Assembly (NCBI RefSeq): GCF_009914755.1
Contig: NC_060945.1
DNA length: 64,000 bases
Source: the human T2T-CHM13v2.0 reference genome, Homo sapiens
Direction: 5' to 3' (one strand)
Shown here: piece by piece, positions 1 to 15,090 of the stretch
How positions within the stretch are numbered: the first letter of the stretch is position 1
Layout of the letters: every line of letters starts with the position of its first letter
Translations under genes and position numbers: made by a program
Notes under the pieces: model-generated
Seen by the model: the letters and a program-made list of their open reading frames with translations, nothing else
What the model was told of the DNA's origin: nothing
Databases searched by the model: none

Positions 1-2737
<2,737 letters not shown>

Positions 2738-2800
2738 TATGATGTTAGCTGGTTATTTTGCTTATTAGTTGATGCAGTTTCTTCCTAGCATCAATGGTCT

Positions 2801-3832
2801 TTACAATTTGGCATGTTTTTGCAGTGGCTGGTACCAGTTTTTCCTTTCCATGTTTAGTGCTTCCTTCAGGATCTCTTGTAAGGCAGGCCTGGTGGTGACA
2901 AAATCTCTCAGCATTTGCTTGTCTGTAAAGGATTTTATTCCTCCTTCACTTATGAAGCTTATTTTGGCTGAATATGAAATTCTGGGTTGAAAATTCTTTT
3001 CTTTAAGAATGTTGAATATTGGCTCCCACTCTCTTCTGGCTTGTAGAGTTTGTGCTGAAAGATCCACTGTTAGTCTGATGGGCTTCCCTTTGTGAGTAAC
3101 CCGACCTTTCTCTCTGGCTGCCCTTAACATTTTTTCCTTCATTTCAACCTTGGTGAATCTGACAACTATATGTCTTGGGGTTGCTCTTCTTGAGGAGTAT
3201 CTCTGTGGCGTTCTCTATATTTCCTCAATTTGAATGTTAGCCTGCCTTGCTAGGTTAGGGAAGTTCTCCTGGGATAATACCCTGAAGAGTGTTTTCCAAC
3301 TTGGTTCCATTTTCCCCATCACTTTCAGGTACACCAATCAATCATAGGTTTGGTCTTTTCACAAAGTCCCACATTTCTTGGAGGCTTTGTTCGTTTCTTT
3401 TTACTCTTTTTTCTCTAAACTTCTCTTCCTGCTTCATTTCATTCATTTGATCTTCAATCACTGATATCCTTTCTTCCACTTGATCGAATTACATACACTA
3501 CCTGAAGCTTGTGTATGCATCAGGTAGTTCTTGTGCCATGGTTTTCAGCTTCATCAGGTCATTTAAATTATTCTCTGCACTGTTTATTCTAGTTAGACAT
3601 TCGTCTAATCTTTTTTCAAGGTTTTAACTTCCTTGAGATGGGTTTGAACATCCTCCTTTAGCTTGGAGAAGTTTGTTATTACCGATCTTCTGAAACCTAC
3701 TTCTGTCGGTTCGTCAAAGTCATTCTCTGTCCAGCTTTGTTCCATTGCTGGTGAGGAGCTGAGATCCTTTGAAGGAGAAGTGGTCCTCTGGTTTTTAGAA
3801 TTTTCAGCTTTTCTGTTCTGGTTTCTCCCCAT
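2801..3832 (-). pseudogene. Disrupted L1 ORF1 (RNA-binding ORF1p)
   Basis: N-terminal piece 3605-3832 and C-terminal piece 2801-3142 (ends ...WYQPLQKHAKL) are separate ORFs, so the frame is broken. Confidence 0.93.
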
Positions 3833-4104
3833 CTTTGTGGTTTTATCTACCTTTGGTCTTTGATGATGGTGACCTACAGATGGGGTTTTGGTGTGGATGT
3901 CCTTTTTGTTGATGTTGATGCTATTCCTTTCAGAACAGGGAAGTGCTTTTAAAGAAGAAAAAGAAGAGAGACAATGAATATAGGAACAGAAATATAATCA
4001 AAGTTGGCAGAGAAATAGAGGCTGTTCTACGAGAAAACAATGATGCAAAGAAAGAGAAAAGGAGAGATAAGAAATGGAGAGAGAGATGTTTTTAATAAAG
4101 GACA

Positions 4105-4985
4105 CTTCATTTTCCTTTGCAAACCTGCTCTACTCACTCTTTCCTATCTCAGTGAAAAGCTCTATTATTCACTGAGGTATGAAGCCATAAAATTATAGTC
4201 AACCTTTCCTGACTCTACACATCCAATCCATCAGCATGTCCTTTTTGAATTACCTTCAAGATACCTTAAATTTCCACAATTACCACCATTTCTCAGCTAT
4301 CTCTGTAGTCCCAGCAACCAACCTCTTTAACCTGATTACTGCAACAATTCTTCAAAAACCTTACATGGAGTAACTCTTAGCCCTTTACAACTCCATTGTC
4401 TACATAATACGTGAAACAATGTTTTACAAAAGCAATTCAGATTCTATCATTCTAATGTTCAAAACTTGGAGAGGCTTACAGTCATCCTTTGAATAAATCC
4501 CAAACTCCTTAGCATGGTGTCAAGGCCTAGCATTAACTGGCATTTTCCTACCTCTTTGAACTAACTTCTTACCTTGCTCCTCTGATCAGTGCTTTTCTGT
4601 GATGCTCTAACACACAATTTCTGCCTCAGGACCTTTACAATTGCTGTTCTGTCTATCTAAGATGCTCTTCACCTGGCTGTCTGCATTATTACGTCCTTTA
4701 TGTCATCCACGTCTTAATTTAAATGTCATCTCTTATAGAGGCTTATCTGACCCAGCTTTCCACAGGATTCTTCTTTCCCTAGACTGTGCTATCTTAACAC
4801 CCTCATTTATTGCCTTCATAGTCCTCATCACATTTAATCCTTGAGTGTTTAAATCCTCATTTCCTCTATCCTCCATAGCTGCATAAATTCAATGAGGTCT
4901 GAGACTCCTCCTTTACAAAGACTTCCCAATTTAATACAAAGTAGATACTTAGACGTGTTGGTTGAAAGATGGATGGATGAAAGGA
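4105..4985 (+). mobile_element. LINE-2 3' region (old, diverged)
   Basis: L2-like 'aaacctgctc..ttcctatctcagtgaa', 'atccaatccatcagca', 'ataaatcccaaactccttagcatgg'; ends in 'gttggttgaaagatggatggatgaa'. Confidence 0.7.
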
Positions 4986-6039
4986 GAAAGGAAGAAAGAA
5001 GAAAAAAAATGAACATTTTCAAGGGTGGATTTGAATTTTGAAAGCCAAAACTCATTTGGAATTTCTAATGTAAATGTACTTCATAATCATGCTGAATAGC
5101 TGAAAAATCAAGGTGAAATATGACACTGACTTTCTTGAGACTAATATCATATTTGAAGAAATTTTAAAAATTATTATAAATTGAAATATATTTTAGAAAT
5201 AACTTTATATACATAAGTGTTTTTAGAAAACGACATATATAGGTGTAAAAGGTAATAAAATTAAAATACTTTGACTCATGTTACTCTTGTTCTTAAATTC
5301 CTTCAATGACAGTACAACCAGCAAATGCTTGAAACTCTCTAATATAAAGTTGTTTATTGTGCATTTTTAGCTTATCTCTCCTGCTTTATCTCTAGTTACA
5401 CATTCCTTGTATTTTGTGATCTGACCATGGATAATTAGCCCCCTTCTGACTGCTATTCCCTTCTCATCAATCCATGGATGGTTTATCTAGCCCATTTTTA
5501 TCTCAAAACTCAATTCATATATCACTTCTGCCTGTAACTTTTACCAACTGGACACCCTTCCAGTCTAGATATGAGACTTTGCACTTGGCTCCCAAGGCAT
5601 GGTGCATAGAACACCCTCAGCCTGTAGCCTTCTCCTCTCCTCTTTCTCAGTTCGTCTTTCTTCAGGATACAGATGCTGATATGGTTGTTCAGACTTCAGG
5701 ACATGTGGGTGGAGTCTATTCAGACAAGTTTGTACTCCCCTCCCAAGAAAAAGCTACCTCTTTTTTTCCTACATTTTCAAGCTTCATACTGCATTTTTTT
5801 CAGAATTGCCAATAGTAGCCTTATGGTTGTGAATGTGGAGAAAAGAAGCATTGCTACATTTGGGGGCTTATGTCATGTACTGCGATGTGATTTCTAGAAT
5901 ACTTTTACATGGGGTATTCTTTAAAGACTCAGTTAACACGCTCATTTGCTATTTTTTCTGTGCATGTGCTTCAAGTATCCAGAGAAGAAAAGGGAAAGCA
6001 TAATTGTCAGAGATGTTTAGATGTTTAGAGTTAGAACTG

Positions 6040-6190
6040 ATTTACTACATTGTATCAATATTCCCTTGAGGGTCACCATTTTCCTTACATTATTGGTCAA
6101 TGTAATTCCAAGGTCTACAACTGAACTAAGTTCTACTGGGAACTCAATATAGTTTGGTTGAATGAAAGACTGGTTCAATGAATACATGAA
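6040..6190 (+). mobile_element. L2 3' end fragment
   Basis: 'ggaactcaatatagtttggttgaatgaa...aatgaatacatgaa' resembles the L2 tail. Confidence 0.5.
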
Positions 6191-6544
6191 AATGTTCTAT
6201 GTATTCTATATGAAGATGTTTTAAAATTGTGCTGTTTTTTGTTGTTTATTTACTTGTTTGGTTAATTTGTTTAATGACTTCATTACCTTCTCTTTAGCCG
6301 GAATCTGTCCAAGAGAATTTCCTTTTAGGCTTTAAAGCTGAATGTATTGGAAGCATTTGAAACTACTTATAAGTCTAATAATGACCAACAGAATTGCCTG
6401 TTATTTATTTTCTTCAAAAATTTTAAATGTGATATTTAAACATATTAAAAGTAGTTAAACTGTTTCCTAGTTACATGTTTTTTGCTTAGTTAGGAAGGTT
6501 TTATGCTTTTGTTAACCTTCAAAAGCAAAGGAACAACTGTGTTG

Positions 6545-6740
6545 TCTGGTTTAGGTGAGATAAATTCCAGCTTTCTGCTCCTTAATTTTGTCATTTGTAC
6601 AATAAACAAATGATATAACCTATTTCATACAGTGATTTCGAGGATTAAATAATATTATTAAATCACATAATATTTAGTGTTATTTGCTAACGTTCTTACC
6701 ATAGTTCCCTAAATATACTAAAACTTAAAGTTTGTCATTG
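6545..6740 (+). mobile_element. MIR fragment
   Basis: 'cttaattttgtcatttgtacaa...acctatttcatacagtgatttcgaggattaaat' resembles the MIR core. Confidence 0.6.
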
Positions 6741-6930
6741 CCCAATCATAAACTGGCCAATTAGCAGCTTGATGATAAAACAGAAGTAGATGTTTTTAAT
6801 TAAAATTAGACTATAAATATAGACTTTAAAATTTTTATTATGAGTTAAAATAAATTCAATAAATGAATTGGGAATGAAATACATATAGGCAAAGATTTAA
6901 TTCTAACTGAAATCTGAACATTTGCCCTAT

Positions 6931-7750
6931 TGATATGCACAGGAGACAGGGAAATACTGTGTAGAAGAGAGCTGTTCCCTGGAAAAGGCCCTACCCTCCA
7001 GCCTGAAGACCCAAGTCCCTAAATGAGGACAGGCATTTCTGTTTTCATGCCCCAAAAGTTGCCTTTTGGCCTGCCATACCCCCTACCCTGCACCCATATA
7101 ATCCCTGAAACCCAGGCAAGCCAGCAGATCAGCAGATGGACGGACAGCAGAATGATGTGGCAGAGAAAGAGAGAAGAGGAGGAACATTTGAATGCCAAGA
7201 GGAGTTCGACTGGGGGTGGTTGGAGAGGAATCCAGCTGCTGGGTGACCCTCTTCCAGGGGAAGACCACCTTTTCACTCCATCCCCCACCTTCCATCTCCC
7301 CATCTATCCCATCAAAAGCCACCTCCAGGTGAAGACCACCTTCTCACTTGATCCCCACCTTCCAGCTCCCCCTCCATCCTACTGAAAGCCACCTCCATCA
7401 CTCAAAATCTCACATTTATCCTTCAAGCCCGAGTGTGACCTGATTTTTTCTGGGATAATGCACAAAAGCTCAGGATACAGAAAGCTTTCACAGTGGCCCT
7501 CTGCCCTTTTGTAAGGGCAGAGGGTCCATTGAGTTGATTAATACTCAAGCTGTCTGTGGGTGGCAAAGCTGAAAGAGCTTTGGGGTTGTAGGCACCCACT
7601 CGTAGACATTACCTTGGGGCTAGACCCCAAAGCACTCACCCCCAGCCTCTGCCTGTCTCCATGATCCCCCTCCCACCAAGGATTTAAGCAGTAGGTGACT
7701 AAACATGCCAGCCACACCCCTGTCCTTAAAGGGGGAATGCTCCCATTTCA
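6931..7750 (+). mobile_element. Solo LTR, MER50 (ERV1)
   Basis: TG...CA ends, 4-bp TSD CTAT (6927-6930 and 7751-7754), and a start 'tgatatgcacaggagacagggaaatactg' matching recalled MER50. Confidence 0.85.
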
Positions 7751-8214
7751 CTATCTTCTGAAATGCAAATGTAACACGCAGCTCCTTCAGCTCCCAATCT
7801 TTCTCCTATATCTTTTATTCTACACAACCCTAAGAAAGACATTTTAATGTTTAAGGGAGGAACTCAACAAAGGAATCTATAATTTATTTAAAATAAATGC
7901 ATTTTTACACGTAAGACTTAAAAACCCCATGTCTGTGTCATATATACCACTTTAAAGTGACATATTGTACTTGAGTTTATTTATAGAGAACATTTGTATG
8001 AAATGAGAGTAATGATAATTATTGCCTATCTTAGACTGCTTCTTCTGATAGCAATAGCCTCTTATGAGTGGAAGTCAACAGATGAATTTACAAAGCCCAC
8101 AAAATCTTACAAAACCATCTTTCCTTTACCTAATCTAAATCTGACAGAGGTTTTAGTCTAAATGTCATTTTTATAGAGCATAGCTATGTATTACCCTACC
8201 TTCAACCCTTTCAT

Positions 8215-8455
8215 TTTATTTTTAACTTTATTTTTATTGTTTTCTAACTTTATTGAGATGTAATTCATAATTTTTTAATATACTCACAGTATATAATGTG
8301 ATGATTTGATATATGAAAAATTGTAAAATGATTGCTACAATCAAGTTAATCACCACTTCCATCACTTCACTTAGTTACTATTTGTGTGTTTATGTATGTG
8401 TTTGTATGCGTGTGTGGTAAGGACACTTAAGATCTATTCTCTTAGCAAATTTTTA
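8215..8455 (-). mobile_element. Old L1 3' end (L1MA/L1MB class)
   Basis: T-rich tail, then 'aactttattgagat...aatcaagttaat..ccatcac...cttaagatctattctcttagcaaattt'. Confidence 0.75.
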
Positions 8456-9336
8456 TAAAGTGACTTTTTGCAGGTGTACCTCTCCTCTCATTCCATTCTG
8501 CTATGTAACCCTTCCACATCCCATGTTGTGTTTAGTTGGTTGGAGAAGCTTCCTTAAGTATATCCTAGACTTGTCAAATTTTATGGTCATTTTTCTTCAA
8601 ATTTTATATTTGGATTTTGATTGCCAACTGGTCTCCATAAGCATGATTAACATTTAGAAGGGTTTTTGGATTCTTAATCAACTAGGATTCTAAAGTTGAC
8701 CAGCTTTTATTACAGCCTATAAAGCAATCGTGATCCAAGCTTAGAATCTTAGGTGTAAAATAAATATAAAATATGTAACTATTGGGCTTTTCTTTATCTA
8801 ATCATATTACACAACAAAATAGCAGCTTCTAATACTTAATGTAAAACATTTCAGAACTTCCACTCTGCTAATCTCAAGAAATATATTTATTTCTCTCATC
8901 CTCAAAAAGTCTGAGGACTCTAGGGATGCTTATTTATTTCAAATAATTAGTACTAGTGACTATTGTATTATAGACAAGAGATTGGAATGTCTGAAAAGCC
9001 CATTCAAGAACCTTATTCTTATTTGACTTCTGTGACTTACATAGAGTTCCTGCTGAAACCCCCAAATATAGCAGTTCTGTGTTATACTTGTTTTGTCTCC
9101 ACTGTTTGTTGTGGACCTATATATTCATCCCGGATGCATTCTTTTCTGCTTGTTTGTTTAGTCTTAGGATAATGATCTTGATACATAGCCCAAGATAGCT
9201 TAAAAGCAAGTCTTGATTTCAAGCAACAGCATGGACAAAGGTTGGGGTGGGGGTAGAGAACCTTTAAATAATACGGTATTAAAGTTGCACACGTCAATTC
9301 TTCTGACATCCAAATGCCCATAACTTAGTTGCAAGG

Positions 9337-9854
9337 TGTATTAGGGTTCTTAAGAGAGACAGGACTAATAGATCAGATGTATAAATGAAGGGGAATTTAT
9401 TAAGGAGTACTGACTCACAGGATCACCACGTGAAGTCCTACAATAGACAGTCTGCAAGATGAGGAGCAAGCCAGTCTGAGTCCCAAAACTTCAAAAGTAG
9501 GAAAACCGACAGTGCAGTCTTCGTTCTGTGGCAGAAGGCCTGAGTGCTCCTGGAAAATCTCTGGTGTAGGACCAAGCATCCAAAGGCTTTAGAACTTGGA
9601 GTCCAATGTTCAAAGGCAGGAAGCATCCAGCTGTGAGATGGCCAGAAGACTCACCCAGTCTGCTCTTTCCATTCCTGCTTTTATGCTGAAGGCCGATTAG
9701 ATGGTGCCCACCCAGATTGAGGGTGGGTCTGCCTCTCCCTTGTCCACTGACTCAAATGTTAATCTCCTTTGCCAACACCCTCACAGACACACCCAGGAAC
9801 AACGTTTTGCATCCTTCAATCCAATCAAGTTGACACTCAATATTTACCATCACA
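9337..9854 (-). mobile_element. Solo LTR, MLT2A (ERVL)
   Basis: 'tgtattagggttct...ccttcaatccaatcaagttgacactcaatatttaccatcaca' is the reverse complement of MLT2A1/A2. Confidence 0.88.
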
Positions 9855-10368
9855 AGTTTGGAACTCAGAAAATTTCAGCCTTTATTTTGTGTGGCCAAGG
9901 GCTATCCTAAGAATAATTTATTAGCATTAAGGTAACCAGGAGAAGGGCTATTGGGGTATAACTATTGCTGCCATTGTCCACTTCTCTGGATACCCCACAA
10001 ATTCATTATATCAGTCTTCCAATTATAAAATATGCACCCCAACCTCCACGAGCAACCACTCATAAGTTCTATGCAACTGCTTAATAAGAGTGCCCAGCAT
10101 TTTACAATGATATTGAGTGGAATCATAGCCAGTACCCAGAAACCTAAAATACAAACTATTTCTAAGCCCTTTCTTCTAATACAAAGCCAATACCCAAAGG
10201 GGGAGTAATCCCAAGATAGCTGAACTTAACCTCTTGTTTAGAAAAGGGTAGAGTCCAGATATAGAAGGCTCACTGAAGCCATAATAACTATCAAATGCAG
10301 CTGGGCAGGAACTGAGACAACTCCACCGGGCAGCAGAGTAAGCCACTGGTCTCATTAAGATTTTGTTC

Positions 10369-10811
10369 TGTTATGAGCGGAATTGTGACCCCCAAGAAAA
10401 GACATTTTGAAGTTCTACATCCCAGTACATCAGAATGTGACCTTATTTGGAAGTGTAGTGATTGAAGATTTAATAAGTTAAGACAAGGTCACACTAGAGT
10501 AGAGTAGGCCCATAATCCAATACAACTGGTGCCCTCAGAAGAGGAAAGAAACACAGACAAGGAACACAGGGAGAATGCGACGTGGAGATGGAGGATCAGA
10601 GTGATGTATCCACAGTCAAAGGAAAACCAAAGATTGCCAGCCCAGTAAACCATCAGCGGCTAGAAAGGGGCAAGAGAGGATTTTCCTACAGGTTTCAGAG
10701 AGAGCATGGCCCTGCTGACACCTTGATTTTAGACTTCTAGACTCCAGGACTGTGGGACAATACCTTTCCGTAATTTTGAGCCACCCAGTTTTTGATACTT
10801 TGTTACAGCAG
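10369..10811 (+). mobile_element. MaLR LTR, MLT1C-like
   Basis: 'cagaatgtgaccttatttgga', 'gcatggccctgctgacaccttgattttagacttct', 'gccacccagttt..tactttgttacagcag'. Confidence 0.85.
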
Positions 10812-10895
10812 TGGGAGTTTCCTTTGTATTCTTCCCTCTCCATGGCCACATCTGAAGTGACCTCTGGAAAGTATGCACTTGGAAGGGAAGCCCAA

Positions 10896-11210
10896 TTTTT
10901 TTTTTTTTTTTTTTTTTTTGGAGACAGAGTCTCAATCTGTTGCCCAGCCTGGAGTGCCGTGGCGCAATCTCGGCTCACTACAAGCTCCGCCTCCCGGGTT
11001 CACACCATTCTCCTGCCTCAACCTCCTGAGTAGCTGGGACTACAGGTGCCCACCACCACACCCAGCTAATTTTTTTTTTTTTTTGTACTTTTAGTAGAGA
11101 CAGGGTTTCACCGTGTTAGCCAGGATGGTCTCGATCTCCTGACCTCGTGATCCGCTCGCCTCGGCCTCCCAAAGTGCTGGGATTACTGGGGTGAGCCACT
11201 GCGCCTGGCC
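10896..11210 (-). mobile_element. AluY
   Basis: Full dimer with AluY diagnostics and poly-T. TSD gggaagcccaattttt at 10885-10900 and 11212-11227. Confidence 0.95.
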
Positions 11211-11899
11211 TGGGAAGCCCAATTTTTATAGCATGCTTCCTCATGGATCAAAGGCAGGGCGTCAAGAGCTATCTTGGATGTTGTATTACTACCGATTGTG
11301 GCCACTACAGCAGTGGTTTGAATGACAGGCAGGGAGGATGCAGATTTTGCAGGCTCTTGATCCCTGTTATGACACAGAAAAACTATTTCATAAAATCAAT
11401 AAACAACAATTGGATAATAAAATTTTTAATAAAATGATTGTTGACAAGTGTTTACTGAAACAATAGAATTAAGAGCAATACTAATTAAGTATTGAAAATG
11501 TCAATGCATTTTGGATGTTTTTGGCCATTTTCCACATCGTTCTATGAGAAAGATAAATACGGGCTCAATTAGCCTACAGGCAGACGTAACAAAAACCATG
11601 ATTCTGATAAGGAAGGCATTCCCTGCATGCAACCTGAAATACAAACTGACTGGGAGGCCAGTTATTTGCAGGCTGGCAAATTTAAAATCCAACAATTTCT
11701 GTATTTCAAACTAAAACAAGTAAAATAGAAACAAGAGGTTTAGCCAAAGATAACTCTAGCCTCACATTTTCTCAGTGTATCTCTGCTTTTGCTACACTGT
11801 TTCAGTGGACTCACTCACTTTACTCCTTTGTTGAGACACCTCCTCTAAAAATTGATGTGATTCCTTGCATCTTGCTTACAATTATTATTTTCACTTGCA

Positions 11900-12400
11900 A
11901 TTATGTCCTATGTTTCCTCAATCAACAGTTTTCCCTTCTTTACTGGATGATCCTATTAGCAAACATGCTTCCATAGCTTCTATCTTCTTTTAAAGCATAG
12001 ATTCAATTTTAAAAATCAAACAAACCCACATATCTACCATGATCTCATATTTATCGCTACCTACCATCCCATTTATATCTTCTTCTTTATATCATAACTC
12101 TCAATGATAACTAAGTAATTTATATGTATACTCTCTTCTTCCCATCTATACTTTTTGACCTTATTTCAGTCAGGTTTTGGCATCCACCACTGTCTTTAAA
12201 CTATTCTTTTCATGGTCATGAATGATATCAAAGTTTCCAAATTCAATGGCCAATTCTCAGTCCTCCTTTTACTTTTCCAAGTCAGTATATTTTGACAGTT
12301 AATCGTCCTCCAGAAGTAATTGCCAAGTACTATTTCTTTCAAAGCCTTTACATTGATAAATTCGACATGTATTTTCCCAGTTTGTTTTTCCCATGACTGT
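11900..12400 (+). mobile_element. L2 internal fragment
   Basis: 'caggttttggcatccaccac...ggtcatgaatga...ccaaattcaatggccaattctcagtcctc' resembles L2 RT-region sequence. Confidence 0.6.
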
Positions 12401-12605
12401 AAAAGCCAATGCCTCTGATATAATTCCACTTTGATACTTAATAATCAAAACAATCTTGGCCATTCTAAAATATAATTCTTAATTCTTTGCACACCACAAG
12501 ATAGAAGAAATGAAAACAAAAACAAATGAGCAAATAAAATTCTCTTCTTTTCCCAAGAGTTTTGTATTAGTCAGGGTTCTCCAGGAAACAGAAACAATAG
12601 GGATG

Positions 12606-12645
12606 GGTAGGTAGGTAGGTAGGTAGGTAGGTAGGTAGGTAGGTA
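12606..12645. repeat. (GGTA)10 microsatellite
   Basis: Seen directly. Confidence 0.95.
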
Positions 12646-12685
12646 GATGGATACATAGGTAGACACATAGATAGATACATAGATA

Positions 12686-12992
12686 TCTTGTAGGAAAATC
12701 TGGGTTCTTGTCACACAACCAGGAAAGATTAGGCTTGCAGACACTTTGAAGGGTAAGGGGGATGGAATTTCTTGGGCGAAAAGGAGAAAGGAAAACAACA
12801 CGGGAAAGCAAGAGAGGGGTTCCTGTTAACAGGCCCTCATCTCATAGATTGAATCCCAGTTTCCCATACAGGAAGAGGAGGGGCCAGGCTCCTCCCCACT
12901 GCAGACGGCATGAACTTCCGGTGGCTCCACCTTGTTCTCCCAGTGCACAGACTGTACAGAGGTTCTCCGGGCACCCCTTTATACTTGGCTGT
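12686..12992 (-). mobile_element. ERV1 solo LTR, MER61-like
   Basis: Reverse complement reads 'acagccaagtataaagggg..ccggagaacc...gcactgggagaacaaggtggagccaccggaagttc...gtgacaagaacccagattttcctacaa'. Flanked by GATA on both sides. Confidence 0.7.
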
Positions 12993-13035
<43 letters not shown>

Positions 13036-13090
13036 GATAGATAGATAGATAGATAGACAGACAGATAGATAGAGGGATAGATGGATGGTA
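12993..13090. repeat. Compound (GATA)n/(GACA)n microsatellite
   Basis: Seen directly. Confidence 0.95.
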
Positions 13091-13619
13091 GAGTACTATT
13101 ATAAGGAATTGGCTCATGTGATTCTGGAGATCGAGAAGTCTTAAAAACTGCAGTGAGCAAGCTCGACATCCAGCAGAACTAACGGCCTAGTTCCAGTCTG
13201 AGTCCAAAGGCTTGAAAACCAGGAGAGTTGATGGTGTGGTTCTAGTCTGAATCTAAAGACCTGAGAACCAAGAGAGACGATGGTGTAAGTGCCCGTCAGA
13301 GAGCTGGAAGGCTCAAGACATGAGAAGACTCAATTCTTTAGTTTTAGTCTGGAGGCAGAAAAATATCAATGTCCCAGATCAAGTAGGCGGGCAAACAGAC
13401 ATCTCTTACTCAGCATTTTTGTTCTATTCAGGTCTTCAATTGACTGGATGAGGCCCATCCACCATAGGGAGAATAGTCTGCTTTACCCACTCAAATGTTT
13501 CTGCTGATTCAAATGTTAATCTTTCTAGAAAAACTCTCACAGACACATTCAGAATAATGTTTGACCAACTGTCTGGGCATGCCATGGTCCAGTCAAATTG
13601 ACACCTAAAATTATCACAG

Positions 13620-14382
13620 TATCATGTCACAGAAAATGGCACCATTAAGCTCCCAGTTGTTCAGATCAAAACATCTGAAGTTAAGCTTGACTCCCTTTTT
13701 TGTACTCCTTACATGCAATCCAGTAGAAATCCTGGGATCTCTATATTCAAAACAGCTCCATTATCCAACTACTTCTATCATCTCCACTGTTATTATTTTA
13801 GTCCAAACTAAGACCATCTCTCATCTTGGCTGCTGAAATAGCTTTCTAACTCAACTTTCTGCTTCAATTCTTGTCCCTCTAGAATTTATTCACACTGTAT
13901 GTAACAAAATTCTTCTAAAATACAAATCAGATCATTTCACTTCCAGGAATGTAATCTTTCATTGGCCTTCCTTAATATTAGAAAGAAAATTCCAAATATG
14001 TATGTTGATTTACAAGGCTCGCTGTGCTCTAACCCCTGGCTACCCTCTGATCACATTTCCATTTACCAGCCCCTCTGCTGACTATACTCTAGCTGGAGTC
14101 CTGTCTCCTTCTTAAACAGACTTTTCCCTGAGGTAATTTTCACTGAGACATTCAAATGGCAAGATGCTTTCATTCATTCAGATTTCTACTCAAATGTAAC
14201 CACCTCAACGTGATCTTTTATGACCATCTACCCAACTTCCATCACCATCACTCCCTCCCTGGCTTTATATTTATTCAGAGCACTTAATAATGCTTGACTG
14301 TTTATCACACATTTATCAGTTATTATCAAGGTCAACTGCCAAAATCTAAGCACAAAAACAAAATCTGTCACTGTTATCAATG

Positions 14383-14383
<1 letters not shown>
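13620..14383 (+). mobile_element. L2 3' region
   Basis: 'aaatggcacca...cccagttgttcaga', 'accatctctcatcttggctgctg', 'aaaatacaaatcagatcat', 'ctcaaatgtaaccacctca'. Confidence 0.7.

Positions 14384-14418
<35 letters not shown>
14384..14418. repeat. (TG)n microsatellite
   Basis: Seen directly. Confidence 0.95.
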
Positions 14419-14420
<2 letters not shown>

Positions 14421-15019
14421 TTTAACTCAATGCTTTATTTTCCTTCCCTTTATCTGGTCTATATTGAAACGACTCCAGTTATCTTCATAAGTTTCAATAC
14501 CTGTAAACCACAAAGTAAAGTCCATCTATATCCCAGATGACTCCTTAAAGCTTAGACAATACTGCAAATGCATACATGGAAACATTTAAGATATGCATGC
14601 AAAGAAATATGGAGATAACACAGCTCCATCTGAATTGAGTCCAGCCATCAACAAATATCTTGCCAACCATTCTCAAGAATTTAGAAAGATATTTGTCTTA
14701 AAGTAATGGTCTTATAATGACCATTTGAGTAATTTTTTTCAAAGCAGAGAGTTGCTGCAAGATAAATGTCACCAACAGTAGAAACACAATATTAGTAACT
14801 TTCAAGTGATAGCTCTTTCAGTGAAATAATAACTTTAAAGCACCGTTCTCCCCCTCACAGTTGGAAAATCCAACTCTTCTCAGCTCACAATACATCTGAC
14901 AGCCCCAGTTTCTCCTAAATCCCATCCCATAAATCTCAATGATAACATCAGCCTGGGTGCCTTAGCCTGAGTCCAGCTTCAGACTCTGAGTAACTTGGAA
15001 ACATTATGGGAGTAGACAC

Positions 15020-15090
15020 ATGTCTACTTCATTCCCCACTGTATACCCAGCCCCTAGAACAATGCCTGAATGCAGTCAGGGCTCAGAAAT
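15020..15090 (+). mobile_element. L2 3' terminal fragment
   Basis: 'cactgtatacccagcccctagaacaatgcctg...gggctcagaaat'. Confidence 0.55.

Larger units (their letters stand above)
12563..13618 (-). mobile_element. ERVL LTR, MLT2B/D-like, interrupted by a nested LTR
   Basis: Starts 'tgtattagtcagggttctccag..aacagaa', resumes at 'tattataaggaattggctcatgtgatt', ends 'ccagtcaaattgacacctaaaattatcaca'. Confidence 0.85.

Noticed and set aside
10616-11094. Alu-derived ORFs here and at 22912, 32162, 35217, 37860, 49795 and 63414
   Set aside because: Standard Alu translation artefacts.
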